Shown in pieces: positions 35,046 to 43,946 of a DNA stretch of 64,000 bases. Position 1 is the stretch's first letter. Each line of letters starts with the position of its first letter. Where the stretch lies: NCBI GenBank assembly GCA_965263295.1, contig OZ253665.1, positions 172,933-236,932 of the forward strand, in the 5' to 3' direction. The notes beneath the pieces are model-generated. The model searched no databases. It was not told where the DNA came from and saw nothing but the letters and a program-made list of their open reading frames with translations. This DNA is from Spirochaetia bacterium (lineage in GTDB: Bacteria; Spirochaetota; Spirochaetia; SP-2023). The position numbers and the translations under genes are program-made.

Positions 35046-37184
35046 ATGCGAAATCTATTTATTACACAAAAACAATATATTTTAGTTATTCTAATGTATA
35101 TTGTTTCGTTTGTGTTTACTCTGTTGCTCTTTGAATCGCCCATTGGCTATATCTGGGGTATGAAGGCGGTGCAAAAGTCAATCGGCATCATCTTGCCGAC
35201 GCTTGCATTTGTTTATTTAATATCTTTTGTTGTATCCATCTTAATTTTATCTTTTATTATTTATGTATTATTAGACAAACATATACGCAATTATAAGTTT
35301 ATTCTTAAAGGTAATGAGACAACTTTGACTATTGAGCAGAAGCGTCAAGGGCTCCACCGTATGAGATCAAATTCATTTATTGCCCTAATGTTAAGTCTAA
35401 CCCCTCTCTTAGCTTATCTTTGCCTGATTGACATTCGCGATACCGTTTCTATGCAAGCCTTAGGTCTTCTAAAGTTAAATTTGCTAATTATTAACTTGTT
35501 TATAGGCGCTATTGTGGGTATGCTATATGCTGATCTGGCCCAGATATTATACCGACCTTTACGCATCGCTATTCAGCTACCGCTACAGGGTAATGTGCGT
35601 TCAACCATGAGCGCTCTAGTTAGGATGGCTATCACCACATTATTTTCTTGTTCACTGATATTACTAATTTCACATTTGTATTTCGACATGGACCGCGAGA
35701 TAAATTCGCGTATTATTTCGTCTATTTCTATAAATGTATCTGATAGTTATGCTACTTCAAATTTTAATCAAGAAGTAAAGAGTATTTTTGAGGGATTAGC
35801 TCTTGAGTACCCCCTGTCTTTAAATTTAGTTTGGGATGACATAGATTTCTCTGAGCATTTTTCGCATATTCAGAAAAGTATTGGAAACCAAGAGATAGAT
35901 GAGTATTATAGTTTTAATAGATTATTCAAGATACTATATATTATAATTTTCTTGTTGAGCTTGAATTCTTTGAGTTGGTTAAATATTTATTTAATTTGCC
36001 GGCAGTTTAAGATTCGTATTGATAATATTTTTCATCGTTTGCAGAGCTTGCTTAGGGGAGAAGAAAGTTTTGCGGGGACAGTATCTTTGACAGCTTTTGA
36101 TGAAATAGGTTACTTTGCCGGCTATTTGAATTTATTGACAATGACAAGTCAAAAGATTTCATATGATGTTAAGCTAGAAGGGAAAAACCTACTTGATTCT
36201 CTTGATGCCCAGGAACTTAATGTATCTAAATTAAGTAATATCGTTCAGGGGCTAGAGCAAGACATTGTCAAAATCAATGATAGTGTGGATAAAGAGGAAG
36301 AAGAGCATCAAATTATGGATGGAGGGCTGCATAATGTGCGTTCTATTATCCTAAAAGTAAATGGATTGCTGAATAACCAACGTAAGTATGTCGATATAAT
36401 TGCTAATCAAGTAAATAGTTTTGCCTCTCTGGTAGGCAATGTGAATCAAATTACCGAGAAAGCAGACCGAGAAGCTGGAGTCTTGGCAATGTCTGTGGGC
36501 CGGGGCGAAGAGGCGGTGCAAAGTTCAATTCTCGGAATGAAAGAGATTGCTAAAGCTTCAAAGGCCATTGAAAACATTGTTGGTGCAATTACCAAGATTG
36601 CGGCCCAGACCAGCCTTTTATCCATGAATGCGGCCATTGAGGCAGCACACGCGGGTGAACACGGTAGCGGTTTTGCGGTGCTGGCTCAGGAAGTGCGTAG
36701 TCTTTCTGAAAGTACTACGGCTCAAAGTCGGGCCATTCGCGAACAGATTGAACTTCTGATTACTGGCGTTCAATCAGGTCTGAGTATTTCGGAAAATACA
36801 ACAAGGATCCTCAGTGAGATTACGGAATCAATTGAGCGGAATAATGTATTTGTTAAAAGCATTACTAATGCAATGACTGAACAGCATCAAGGATCGCGAG
36901 ATATCGTACAGTTAATTGAATCTTCGGTCAGCAGGGGAGCTAGAATCCGCATCCTTACAGACTTACAAATTCGTAAGAGCCAGGATGTTATCAACTCTAT
37001 GGCCGACTTCTTGCAAATTAGTAGGTCAATTGTTGTTCTCAGTCAAGAATCATCTGATTCTATTCAGAGTATTTCCCAGTATGTGGATGCAATCGGAAGT
37101 TCAATTGAGAGTAACAAGGGAATATCCGAAAAAATCTTGGCTGATGTTGCAGATATTGATAATGCGAAGACTGATATTTATTGA
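35046..37184 (+). CDS. Methyl-accepting chemotaxis protein with a multi-TM N-terminal region
   Basis: Signalling hairpin AAQTSLLSMNAAIEAAHAGEHGSGFAVLAQEVRSLSEST. About 6 hydrophobic helices in the first ~330 aa. Visibly AT-rich. The start is uncertain (TTG 35031 or ATG 35046). Confidence 0.85.
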   Translation: MRNLFITQKQYILVILMYIVSFVFTLLLFESPIGYIWGMKAVQKSIGIILPTLAFVYLISFVVSILILSFIIYVLLDKHIRNYKFILKGNETTLTIEQKRQGLHRMRSNSFIALMLSLTPLLAYLCLIDIRDTVSMQALGLLKLNLLIINLFIGAIVGMLYADLAQILYRPLRIAIQLPLQGNVRSTMSALVRMAITTLFSCSLILLISHLYFDMDREINSRIISSISINVSDSYATSNFNQEVKSIFEGLALEYPLSLNLVWDDIDFSEHFSHIQKSIGNQEIDEYYSFNRLFKILYIIIFLLSLNSLSWLNIYLICRQFKIRIDNIFHRLQSLLRGEESFAGTVSLTAFDEIGYFAGYLNLLTMTSQKISYDVKLEGKNLLDSLDAQELNVSKLSNIVQGLEQDIVKINDSVDKEEEEHQIMDGGLHNVRSIILKVNGLLNNQRKYVDIIANQVNSFASLVGNVNQITEKADREAGVLAMSVGRGEEAVQSSILGMKEIAKASKAIENIVGAITKIAAQTSLLSMNAAIEAAHAGEHGSGFAVLAQEVRSLSESTTAQSRAIREQIELLITGVQSGLSISENTTRILSEITESIERNNVFVKSITNAMTEQHQGSRDIVQLIESSVSRGARIRILTDLQIRKSQDVINSMADFLQISRSIVVLSQESSDSIQSISQYVDAIGSSIESNKGISEKILADVADIDNAKTDIY

Positions 37185-37220
37185 AATCTAATATGAGAAA
37201 TGATATAGAGAGATTTATTT

Positions 37221-39350
37221 ATGCAGAATCAAAATAAAAATATTATAAATCATAGCTTTTTGAGTTTAAATAGACGTAGATTTACCCTTAGCCTGTTGAC
37301 ATATTTCTGGATAATAATTCTCGGGTATCTCATGACACAAGGGATTATTCAGTATTATATCATTTTAGGGGTTTGGGGACACAATGACATTATAACTTTC
37401 ATGTCCAGTTTTCTGTTTCATAATATAATTTTTGCTCTTATATTTGGTATAATTCAAAGCATTTATATTTTTTTCATTTGGGACAGACCAGAAAGGTTTA
37501 TTGCTGAGCTTGAGAAAAATAATCATGAGAATTTGGACGTAACCAGACCTTTGTTTGATTGCCTGTATAACAGGCAAAAAATTCTGCCATATGTGTTTCT
37601 GAGCTTTGGTTTTTGTCATTCCGTAGCGATTATGACGGACTGGATGCACAGTTCGTTTATTGGAGATATAGATTTATGGGTAGTCCGTATTAATTCGTTA
37701 TTAATGAACTTAAGTTTGTCCTTTATTGCTTGTCGTCTGTTTAATCTTGCAGCAATTCGCTTGTGTGGTAATTGGGTCCGGAAATTTGAGATCACCTTGA
37801 TGGGTGATCACAAGCCGTACAACACAAATTATGATTTTCTGATTACTAGTATCAGTATGGGAGTCTTCTGTATTTTTCTTTCTCTCTATGTATATAATCT
37901 TACTTCATTCCAGGGAGATTTTTTAATTGAAAGATTTTTTAACATATTGAATCTTTTACAAATTAAAGACATTTACCCAGATAATTATTTAATTGTTAGT
38001 ATTATGAAGCATGAAATGGCGCAACAGGCAATTTCGATGGTCGGTGTTAATCCGTATATGACACTCAATGAGGTGGAAAGTCTTTCTGTTTTTCGCGGTC
38101 TGTCTTTAGATCTGGTAAGTTTATTTATCGTTATATTCTACATAATTTCTATTTTTATAATGCATTTCTGGATAAATGTTGACTCAGTCCAGCGTGTCAT
38201 CCGCTACCTTTCTGGTTACCTCCGTGGAGTTCTGCAAGGGATCACCAGTCTTAAAGATTCTATGCCTTTAATACGTTTTGACTCAGTGGGTTATATGATG
38301 GGGTACCTGAATCTATTATTCCAGCATATTTATAGGATGATTATGAATCTGATGGATTCCATCGTTCAGCTGGCTGAAATTTCAGAAAAGTCGACTACTG
38401 ATGCGGATAATGGTATGAATGAAGTATATAATGTAACTCACAGTTTTGCTTCAGTAAACCTTAAGGCAGACTTACAGCTGCAGTCTATTCGCGGTATTCG
38501 CGAAGCTTTTAACGATTTGCGCCAGATTATTAAGTCCATTGATAATGAAGTCAGTATCCAGAAAGAACAATTGGAAACAGCCAAAGCAACTGTTTCTGGA
38601 GTGAAGACAGCTATCGTGGAGATGGAGCAATCTAGTAAGAATGTGGCAAAGCTGTTTGAAAAGCTGAATAATTTGGCAGGTAGTGGATTGGAAGTCGTAC
38701 AAAATGCTTATTCAGTCGTGTCTGATATTTCTCAGACTTCATATAATGTTCGCGATATTGTGAATTCTATCGAAAAGCTTTCAGGACAGACAGGACTTTT
38801 GGCGATGAGTGCATCCATTGAATCAGCTCACGCAGGGAGTCACGGCCTTGGCTTTTCTGTGGTAGCTCAGTCTGTGCGTAAACTTTCAGATGATTCGGGA
38901 ACACAGAGTAAGGCGATTCGGGCTCAAATTGAAGAAATGGTACAGAAGGTTGAAGTAGAAGTATTACTTTCACGGCATGTTAGCCGGTCTTTTCAGTCAA
39001 TCGCCAATAGTACTCAGAATTCGGCGAATTTGTTTCACCATATCTATAACTCAATTGATGAGCAAAACAAGCAATCTGCAACCATCAATGCGGAGATTGA
39101 AGATCTACTGGCAACTACCCAAGAAATTTTGAACTTTACTCACGAGCAAGTGCAAATACTTGATGAGTTGACTCAAACGACTGTCCAAATGGAACAGGAT
39201 ATCCTCAATATTAGCAAGTCGAGTCAATGGCAATCCAACATGAGCGAAGAAATTATCTCTTTGTTTGAGAGTCTTAATAACCATGTCGTGTTGAATATTG
39301 AGCGTGTGCATTCCATTAATGAAAAAATTAAACGCTTCAAACTGGATTAG
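37221..39350 (+). CDS. Methyl-accepting chemotaxis protein paralog, divergent signalling tip
   Basis: SGQTGLLAMSASIESAHAGSHGLGFSVVAQSVRKLSDDS. Same overall architecture as the upstream gene. Confidence 0.8.
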   Translation: MQNQNKNIINHSFLSLNRRRFTLSLLTYFWIIILGYLMTQGIIQYYIILGVWGHNDIITFMSSFLFHNIIFALIFGIIQSIYIFFIWDRPERFIAELEKNNHENLDVTRPLFDCLYNRQKILPYVFLSFGFCHSVAIMTDWMHSSFIGDIDLWVVRINSLLMNLSLSFIACRLFNLAAIRLCGNWVRKFEITLMGDHKPYNTNYDFLITSISMGVFCIFLSLYVYNLTSFQGDFLIERFFNILNLLQIKDIYPDNYLIVSIMKHEMAQQAISMVGVNPYMTLNEVESLSVFRGLSLDLVSLFIVIFYIISIFIMHFWINVDSVQRVIRYLSGYLRGVLQGITSLKDSMPLIRFDSVGYMMGYLNLLFQHIYRMIMNLMDSIVQLAEISEKSTTDADNGMNEVYNVTHSFASVNLKADLQLQSIRGIREAFNDLRQIIKSIDNEVSIQKEQLETAKATVSGVKTAIVEMEQSSKNVAKLFEKLNNLAGSGLEVVQNAYSVVSDISQTSYNVRDIVNSIEKLSGQTGLLAMSASIESAHAGSHGLGFSVVAQSVRKLSDDSGTQSKAIRAQIEEMVQKVEVEVLLSRHVSRSFQSIANSTQNSANLFHHIYNSIDEQNKQSATINAEIEDLLATTQEILNFTHEQVQILDELTQTTVQMEQDILNISKSSQWQSNMSEEIISLFESLNNHVVLNIERVHSINEKIKRFKLD

Positions 39351-39378
39351 TTAAAAGGTCTACAAAGGGATATTGCAG

Positions 39379-39858
39379 ATGGCGACGGAGCATCAGCGGC
39401 CTAGCTGGGATGACTACTTTTTTGAAGTTTGTCAGGCCATAGCCAAACGCGCCACTTGTGACCGCGGACGAAGTGGTTGTGTCATTGTCAAGGACAAGCA
39501 GATTCTGGCGACAGGTTATGTGGGGGCACCTGCCGGGCTGCCTCACTGTGATGAAGTGGGGCATCTACTTAAGCAGGTGACACATGAAGATGGCAGTGTC
39601 AGTTCACATTGTATGCGCACTGTGCATGCCGAACAAAATGCAATTTGCCAGGCAGCCAAGTTCGGTGTGGCGCTGAATGGCGCAACTTTGTACTGCAGTA
39701 TGACGCCTTGTCGCAGTTGTGCCATGATGATTATTAATATAGGTATTTGCCGCGTCGTGGCGGACAAGCGCTACCAGCGCGGGCGGGAAACCGAGCAGAT
39801 GTTTGCCGAAGCTGGGGTTGAGTTATATTATCGCAGCGATGAAGAAATGCTTTATTGA
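39379..39858 (+). CDS. Deoxycytidylate (dCMP) deaminase / ComEB-type
   Basis: PSWDDYFFEVCQAIAKRATC, VHAEQNAI, TPCRSCAMMI. ATG at 39379 with AAAGGGA 8 nt upstream. Confidence 0.85.
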   Translation: MATEHQRPSWDDYFFEVCQAIAKRATCDRGRSGCVIVKDKQILATGYVGAPAGLPHCDEVGHLLKQVTHEDGSVSSHCMRTVHAEQNAICQAAKFGVALNGATLYCSMTPCRSCAMMIINIGICRVVADKRYQRGRETEQMFAEAGVELYYRSDEEMLY

Positions 39859-40107
39859 ATCGTTAAATTATCAATTTGTCACGAGGTGAAATTTTTGTCC
39901 GCAAGTTTTAATTTTTGGCTGTTCTAAATAAAAATAAAAATCCAAAGGAATGACATTTGACATCAGCGTTGTTGACGGTGGCTTTGCTCTCAATTGATAA
40001 GCTGCGGGCTCCTTTTAGCGATTTCAGTGGTCTTTTCGTATTGATTTTGCAGCCATAATGCTTTGTGCATTTTTAGCCGAGCTTAGTATTTTGGGATTAT
40101 AAAATAT

Positions 40108-40968
40108 ATGGCAGCTAAACGAGGCAAAGGCCAAAGTAAGATACATGGGCCACGGCGGCAGAGAAATCGTGATTTATCGACGCCTTCTACACAAGTGTAT
40201 GAACGTGAAACCACAAAATGTGAAATTGGGCATGAATCACCTGAGATATTGCAACAGAGTATACCTGTCGTTGAAAAGGTAGAGCGCGCGCGAGGAACTA
40301 CGTTGTACATGGTAGCCACTCCGCTAGGTAATTTGCGTGATATTACTCTGCGAGCTCTAGATATTCTGGCTTCGGTGGATGTCATTGTCTGTGAGAGCCT
40401 GAATCGAGCTAAGAAATTGTTGCGTGCGTACCGCATTCAGCCTGCACAGCTACTGGTTTGTCAGGCCGGGAATGAAGAAGCCAGTGCGACAGGTCTAATA
40501 AAGCTAATGCAGCGGGGGACTAGTATTGCCTATATCTGTGATGCCGGTACACCAGGGCTTAATGATCCCGGTATGAGACTGGTCGCCGCTGCTCGCTCTG
40601 AAGGTTTTGCCGTGGAGGCTTTACCTGGGCCCTCGGCTCTGACTATGATTGCGAGTTTGGCTTCGGCCTCTTGTAAGCCTTTGAGCTTTATTGGCTTTCT
40701 CAGTCCAAAAAGTGGACGGCGCCGACGCGAGCTAAAATTTTGGCTAGAGCAGGGCCACAGTTTTGTTTTCTATGAGTCTCCGTTTCGCATTATATCCACA
40801 TTGGAGGAATTAGCTCAACTAGCGCCCGAAAGGGAAATTGGCATGGGGCGCGAAATGACAAAAAAAAACGCACAGTTTTTATGGGGAACATCCGATTATA
40901 TATTATGCCAGTTGAATTCTATGTCAACTGTTTGTGGTGAGTTTACCTTGCTGGTTGCCGCGGGGTGA
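40108..40968 (+). CDS. rsmI: 16S rRNA (cytidine1402-2'-O)-methyltransferase RsmI
   Basis: TLYMVATPLGNLRDITLRALDILASVDVIVCE, DAGTPGLNDPG, FYESPFR. The track start adds a ~65-aa basic extension. An in-frame TTG at 40303, preceded by GAGGA, would give a canonical N-terminus. Confidence 0.85.
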   Translation: MAAKRGKGQSKIHGPRRQRNRDLSTPSTQVYERETTKCEIGHESPEILQQSIPVVEKVERARGTTLYMVATPLGNLRDITLRALDILASVDVIVCESLNRAKKLLRAYRIQPAQLLVCQAGNEEASATGLIKLMQRGTSIAYICDAGTPGLNDPGMRLVAAARSEGFAVEALPGPSALTMIASLASASCKPLSFIGFLSPKSGRRRRELKFWLEQGHSFVFYESPFRIISTLEELAQLAPEREIGMGREMTKKNAQFLWGTSDYILCQLNSMSTVCGEFTLLVAAG

Positions 40969-41040
40969 AATCTTTACTTGGCATCCTTGAGTTAGAGAGG
41001 TTCAAGTCTCAGGTAATTTTCATTCGCAGGAGTTAATAAT

Positions 41041-41328
41041 ATGCCTATTGATAAAATTGGCTCCACAGAGAACTACGCTATTGTCAGACGGAATTACGTC
41101 AAGCCAAGATTGCAGCAGCATCCTGTGGGGCAAGATACTATCAGCCTGACTAAGGCTGCACAACACAATGCGGATATGCTGCGAGTCCGTGACTTGGCTC
41201 TGTCTGCCCCCGATACACGTTCCGAAAAAATTGTCGAAATGCAGGGTAAATTGCAGGACCCTGCTTATCCCGATCAGGCAATTATTGTCAAATTGGCCGA
41301 TCGTTTAATTGATCAATGGCATGCGTAA
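41041..41328 (+). CDS. flgM: Anti-sigma-28 factor FlgM (putative)
   Basis: 95 aa with DTISLTKAAQ…, and a C-terminus EKIVEMQGKLQDPAYPDQAIIVKLADRLI that resembles the FlgM sigma-28-binding helices. Good SD (AGGAG). Confidence 0.65.
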   Translation: MPIDKIGSTENYAIVRRNYVKPRLQQHPVGQDTISLTKAAQHNADMLRVRDLALSAPDTRSEKIVEMQGKLQDPAYPDQAIIVKLADRLIDQWHA

Positions 41329-41435
41329 CAATTTATGGTGCCATAAGCAGCAGAATTTCCGTGCCGATTATGAGCTCTAGGCTTGCTATACAGCGACAAG
41401 GGTTTACCTGCCTCTTTTAGAAAAAGTCGAGATAG

Positions 41436-42302
41436 TTGATTCCGGCTTTTAAATTTGCCCGTCTTAGTTGCCAGCGCCAGGTATATTGGCTGCTGCAGAG
41501 TCTTGATGAAATACAAGAAATGCCGAATGCCGATCGGATGGCAATATATGATTCACATTTGCGAGGGCTCATACCTGAACAGCGGCGTTTAAGTCTGGCG
41601 TTAGAGGCCCAGTGGATGCACTGGTCAAAAGGGATTGAAGTTTCTCAGGCTCAAAAGGTTCAGAAGGCTCGTCGTGAACTGGAAGAGCTTTTAAAGCAAC
41701 TCTGCGGTGCCGAACCCAGTGACTGGGATATTGCCGTGAAGGATTTTGGAGGCTTTCCGGCGAAAGTAAGCGCGGATTACACGATGGGCTTGGAATCTTA
41801 CCTAGGGCTCTACCTTGATCGAGTGCGCTCGCCTTTTAATATCGGTTCAATATTTCGAAGTGCGGCCGCATTTGGGGTCAGTGAAGTCTGTTTGCACAAT
41901 CACTGCCCGGATCTTTGGCACCCGCGTGCGCAGCGCACGGCGATGGGAGCTGTCGAACTCGTCCCGGCGAGGCGTTGCGATTGGCCTGCAGACGAGGTCC
42001 ACTTGAGCGAATTGCCCTGGGTCGCTTTGGAAACCCCGGATTTGGTTTGCGAATATCTTGGTATTGGAGCCACCACAACCCAATTGGATCAATTTTGCTT
42101 CCCAACAAATGGTGGCCTTTTGTTGGTGGGGGAGGAGGAACGTGGTCTGCGGCCTGAGCTCTTGTCATATTGTGCCCGCAAAGAAAACCGCCGGCGCGGT
42201 GGCGGTCTCCTTTTTATCCCCATGCCTGGCCGCAAGAAGAGTTTGAACCTCGGCGTGGCGGCTGCCATAGCCCTCCAGCGTTGGGCTGAAGTCTTGACTT
42301 GA
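41436..42302 (+). CDS. SpoU/TrmH-family RNA 2'-O-methyltransferase
   Basis: SPFNIGSIFRSAAAFGVSEVCL, LLLVGEEERGL, SLNLGVAAAIALQRW. The start is ambiguous (TTG 41436 or ATG 41520). Confidence 0.75.
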   Translation: MIPAFKFARLSCQRQVYWLLQSLDEIQEMPNADRMAIYDSHLRGLIPEQRRLSLALEAQWMHWSKGIEVSQAQKVQKARRELEELLKQLCGAEPSDWDIAVKDFGGFPAKVSADYTMGLESYLGLYLDRVRSPFNIGSIFRSAAAFGVSEVCLHNHCPDLWHPRAQRTAMGAVELVPARRCDWPADEVHLSELPWVALETPDLVCEYLGIGATTTQLDQFCFPTNGGLLLVGEEERGLRPELLSYCARKENRRRGGGLLFIPMPGRKKSLNLGVAAAIALQRWAEVLT

Positions 42303-42308
42303 GCCATT

Positions 42309-42341
42309 GCTTGACTTGGGCTTGACTTGAGCTTGATTTGA
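42309..42341. repeat. 11-nt tandem repeat x3 (GCTTGACTTGG / GCTTGACTTGA / GCTTGATTTGA)
   Basis: Read directly. Lies in the convergent intergenic gap between the SpoU-family gene and proA. Confidence 0.85.
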
Positions 42342-42375
42342 TAATCGTGCCTGCCAGAGAAGGCGGCGTAGCCGT

Positions 42376-43668
42376 TCAATCGCGTATTTGTCCTCGGCCC
42401 AACCCAAACCACTTGGCACAGGTGAGGGCTGTCAATCCCATGGGGCCACGAGCGTGCAGCTTCTGTGTGCTGATGCCCACTTCGGCGCCCAGACCAAATT
42501 GGCCACCGTCGGAAAAACCGCTGGCCATGTTAACGAATACCGAGGCGGCATCGACCTCGTGACAGAATATTTCGGCGTTTTGCTGGTTTTCGGTGACGAT
42601 AACTTCGGTATGGCGCGAACCATAGTGTTCAATGTGCTCAATGGCTTCATGTAGATCGCGCACAATTCTGATACACAACTGCGCGGACAGGAACTCTTGG
42701 CCGTAACTGTCCGGCGTGGCACTTTGGAGTAGCTCGGCAGGGTAGACGAGCTGCAGGGCGGCCAGGCTCTCTTCGTCGCAATGGAGGCGAACCTTCGCCG
42801 GCGCGAGTTCTGCCACGAGAGAACTGAGCTGAGGCAGTAGGGATTGGTGCACGAGCAGGCAGTCTAAAGCGTTGCAAACGCTGGGCCTGCGCATTTTGGA
42901 GTTGTAGATCAAGGCCGTGGCAATTGGGATGCGGGCACTGTCATCACAAAACAAATGCACTACCCCGGCTCCGGTTTCTATGAGCGGGATTTGACTGTTT
43001 TCGCGTACAAAGCGGATGAGCCCGGCACTGCCGCGCGGTATGCACAAGTCTATGTACTGACGTTGCTCTAAGAGTTGGACCAGCTCTTCGCGCGAGGTCC
43101 CTAGCAGATTGGCCCAGTTGGGGCTGAGACCCTGGGCCTGGAGCTCTTTACGGATAATTCCCACGAGGCAGGAGTTACTGGCCCAGGCTTCTTTGCCCCC
43201 TTTGAGCAGCAGTATGTTGCCAGTGCGCAAAGCCAAAGCGAATAAGTCGATAGTGACGTTGGGACGCGACTCGTAGATGACCAGTATCAGCCCAATGGGT
43301 ACGCGGCGCTGAACGATTTCGGCGCCGTTGGGCATTGAGTAGCGGTAGAGTTCCTGGCCGACAGGGCCGGGCAGCGTCGCCACTCTGTCGAGGTCATTGG
43401 CAACGCCTTGCAGGCGGTCTTCATTGAGCAGGAGGCGGTCGTATATCGGGTTTTGTAATGGATCTTTTAATGGGTCTTGTAGTGGTTCTTGAGCTTGCAG
43501 TTTAGCTAGGTCCTGTCGATTGGCAAGCAATATTTGTTCTTGTGTCTTGGCCTCGCGCAAGCGCGCGGCCAGTTGCCGCAGCAGCTCGCTGCTGCGTTCT
43601 AGGGCCAGGGAATTTTCGCGGCGCCAAATTTGTTTGAGTTGCCGCTGTAATTGATCTGCAGATATCAT
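42376..43668 (-). CDS. proA: Gamma-glutamyl phosphate reductase ProA
   Basis: …VFVNMASGFSDGGQFGLGAEVGISTQKLHARGPMGL, and catalytic Cys context CNALDCLLVH. I prefer the internal ATG at 43668 (431 aa) to the 500-aa track ORF. Confidence 0.9.
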   Translation of the reverse strand: MISADQLQRQLKQIWRRENSLALERSSELLRQLAARLREAKTQEQILLANRQDLAKLQAQEPLQDPLKDPLQNPIYDRLLLNEDRLQGVANDLDRVATLPGPVGQELYRYSMPNGAEIVQRRVPIGLILVIYESRPNVTIDLFALALRTGNILLLKGGKEAWASNSCLVGIIRKELQAQGLSPNWANLLGTSREELVQLLEQRQYIDLCIPRGSAGLIRFVRENSQIPLIETGAGVVHLFCDDSARIPIATALIYNSKMRRPSVCNALDCLLVHQSLLPQLSSLVAELAPAKVRLHCDEESLAALQLVYPAELLQSATPDSYGQEFLSAQLCIRIVRDLHEAIEHIEHYGSRHTEVIVTENQQNAEIFCHEVDAASVFVNMASGFSDGGQFGLGAEVGISTQKLHARGPMGLTALTCAKWFGLGRGQIRD

Positions 43669-43946
43669 CGTTTTCCCCTGGGATTTTTCGAAACCTGTTC
43701 GGCATCCGTTTGCAAGTCGCTCTCCGTTTGTAAGGTACTCACCCTGATTTTCCCCTAACTTGTAGACTGAATCAACTGAGGCAAACATTTGGTGCGTGTA
43801 TACCAGACGGGGCTCTAAGCAAATTCGAGTATGACGAAATGTCAATTGAATGGAAACTAGGTCTTTGAAAAACTTCATTCCATTGGTTAAGAGCCGTTCG
43901 TTGAAGGCATCACGGCTAGCGGCTGTAAAAAGCCAAGTGGTGGCCC

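Noticed and set aside
40999-41010. GGTTCAAGTCTC, a tRNA T-arm-like string in the rsmI-flgM intergenic region
   Set aside because: The flanking bases do not form a 5-bp T stem. Upstream sequence shows no D-arm, anticodon arm or acceptor pairing, and the gap is only ~70 nt. This is not a tRNA.
43669-43878. 70-aa N-terminal extension of ProA in the track ORF (500 aa)
   Set aside because: The extension (MKFFKDLVSIQLTFRHTRICLEPRL…) looks non-protein-like. The internal ATG at 43668 gives a canonical ~430-aa ProA.
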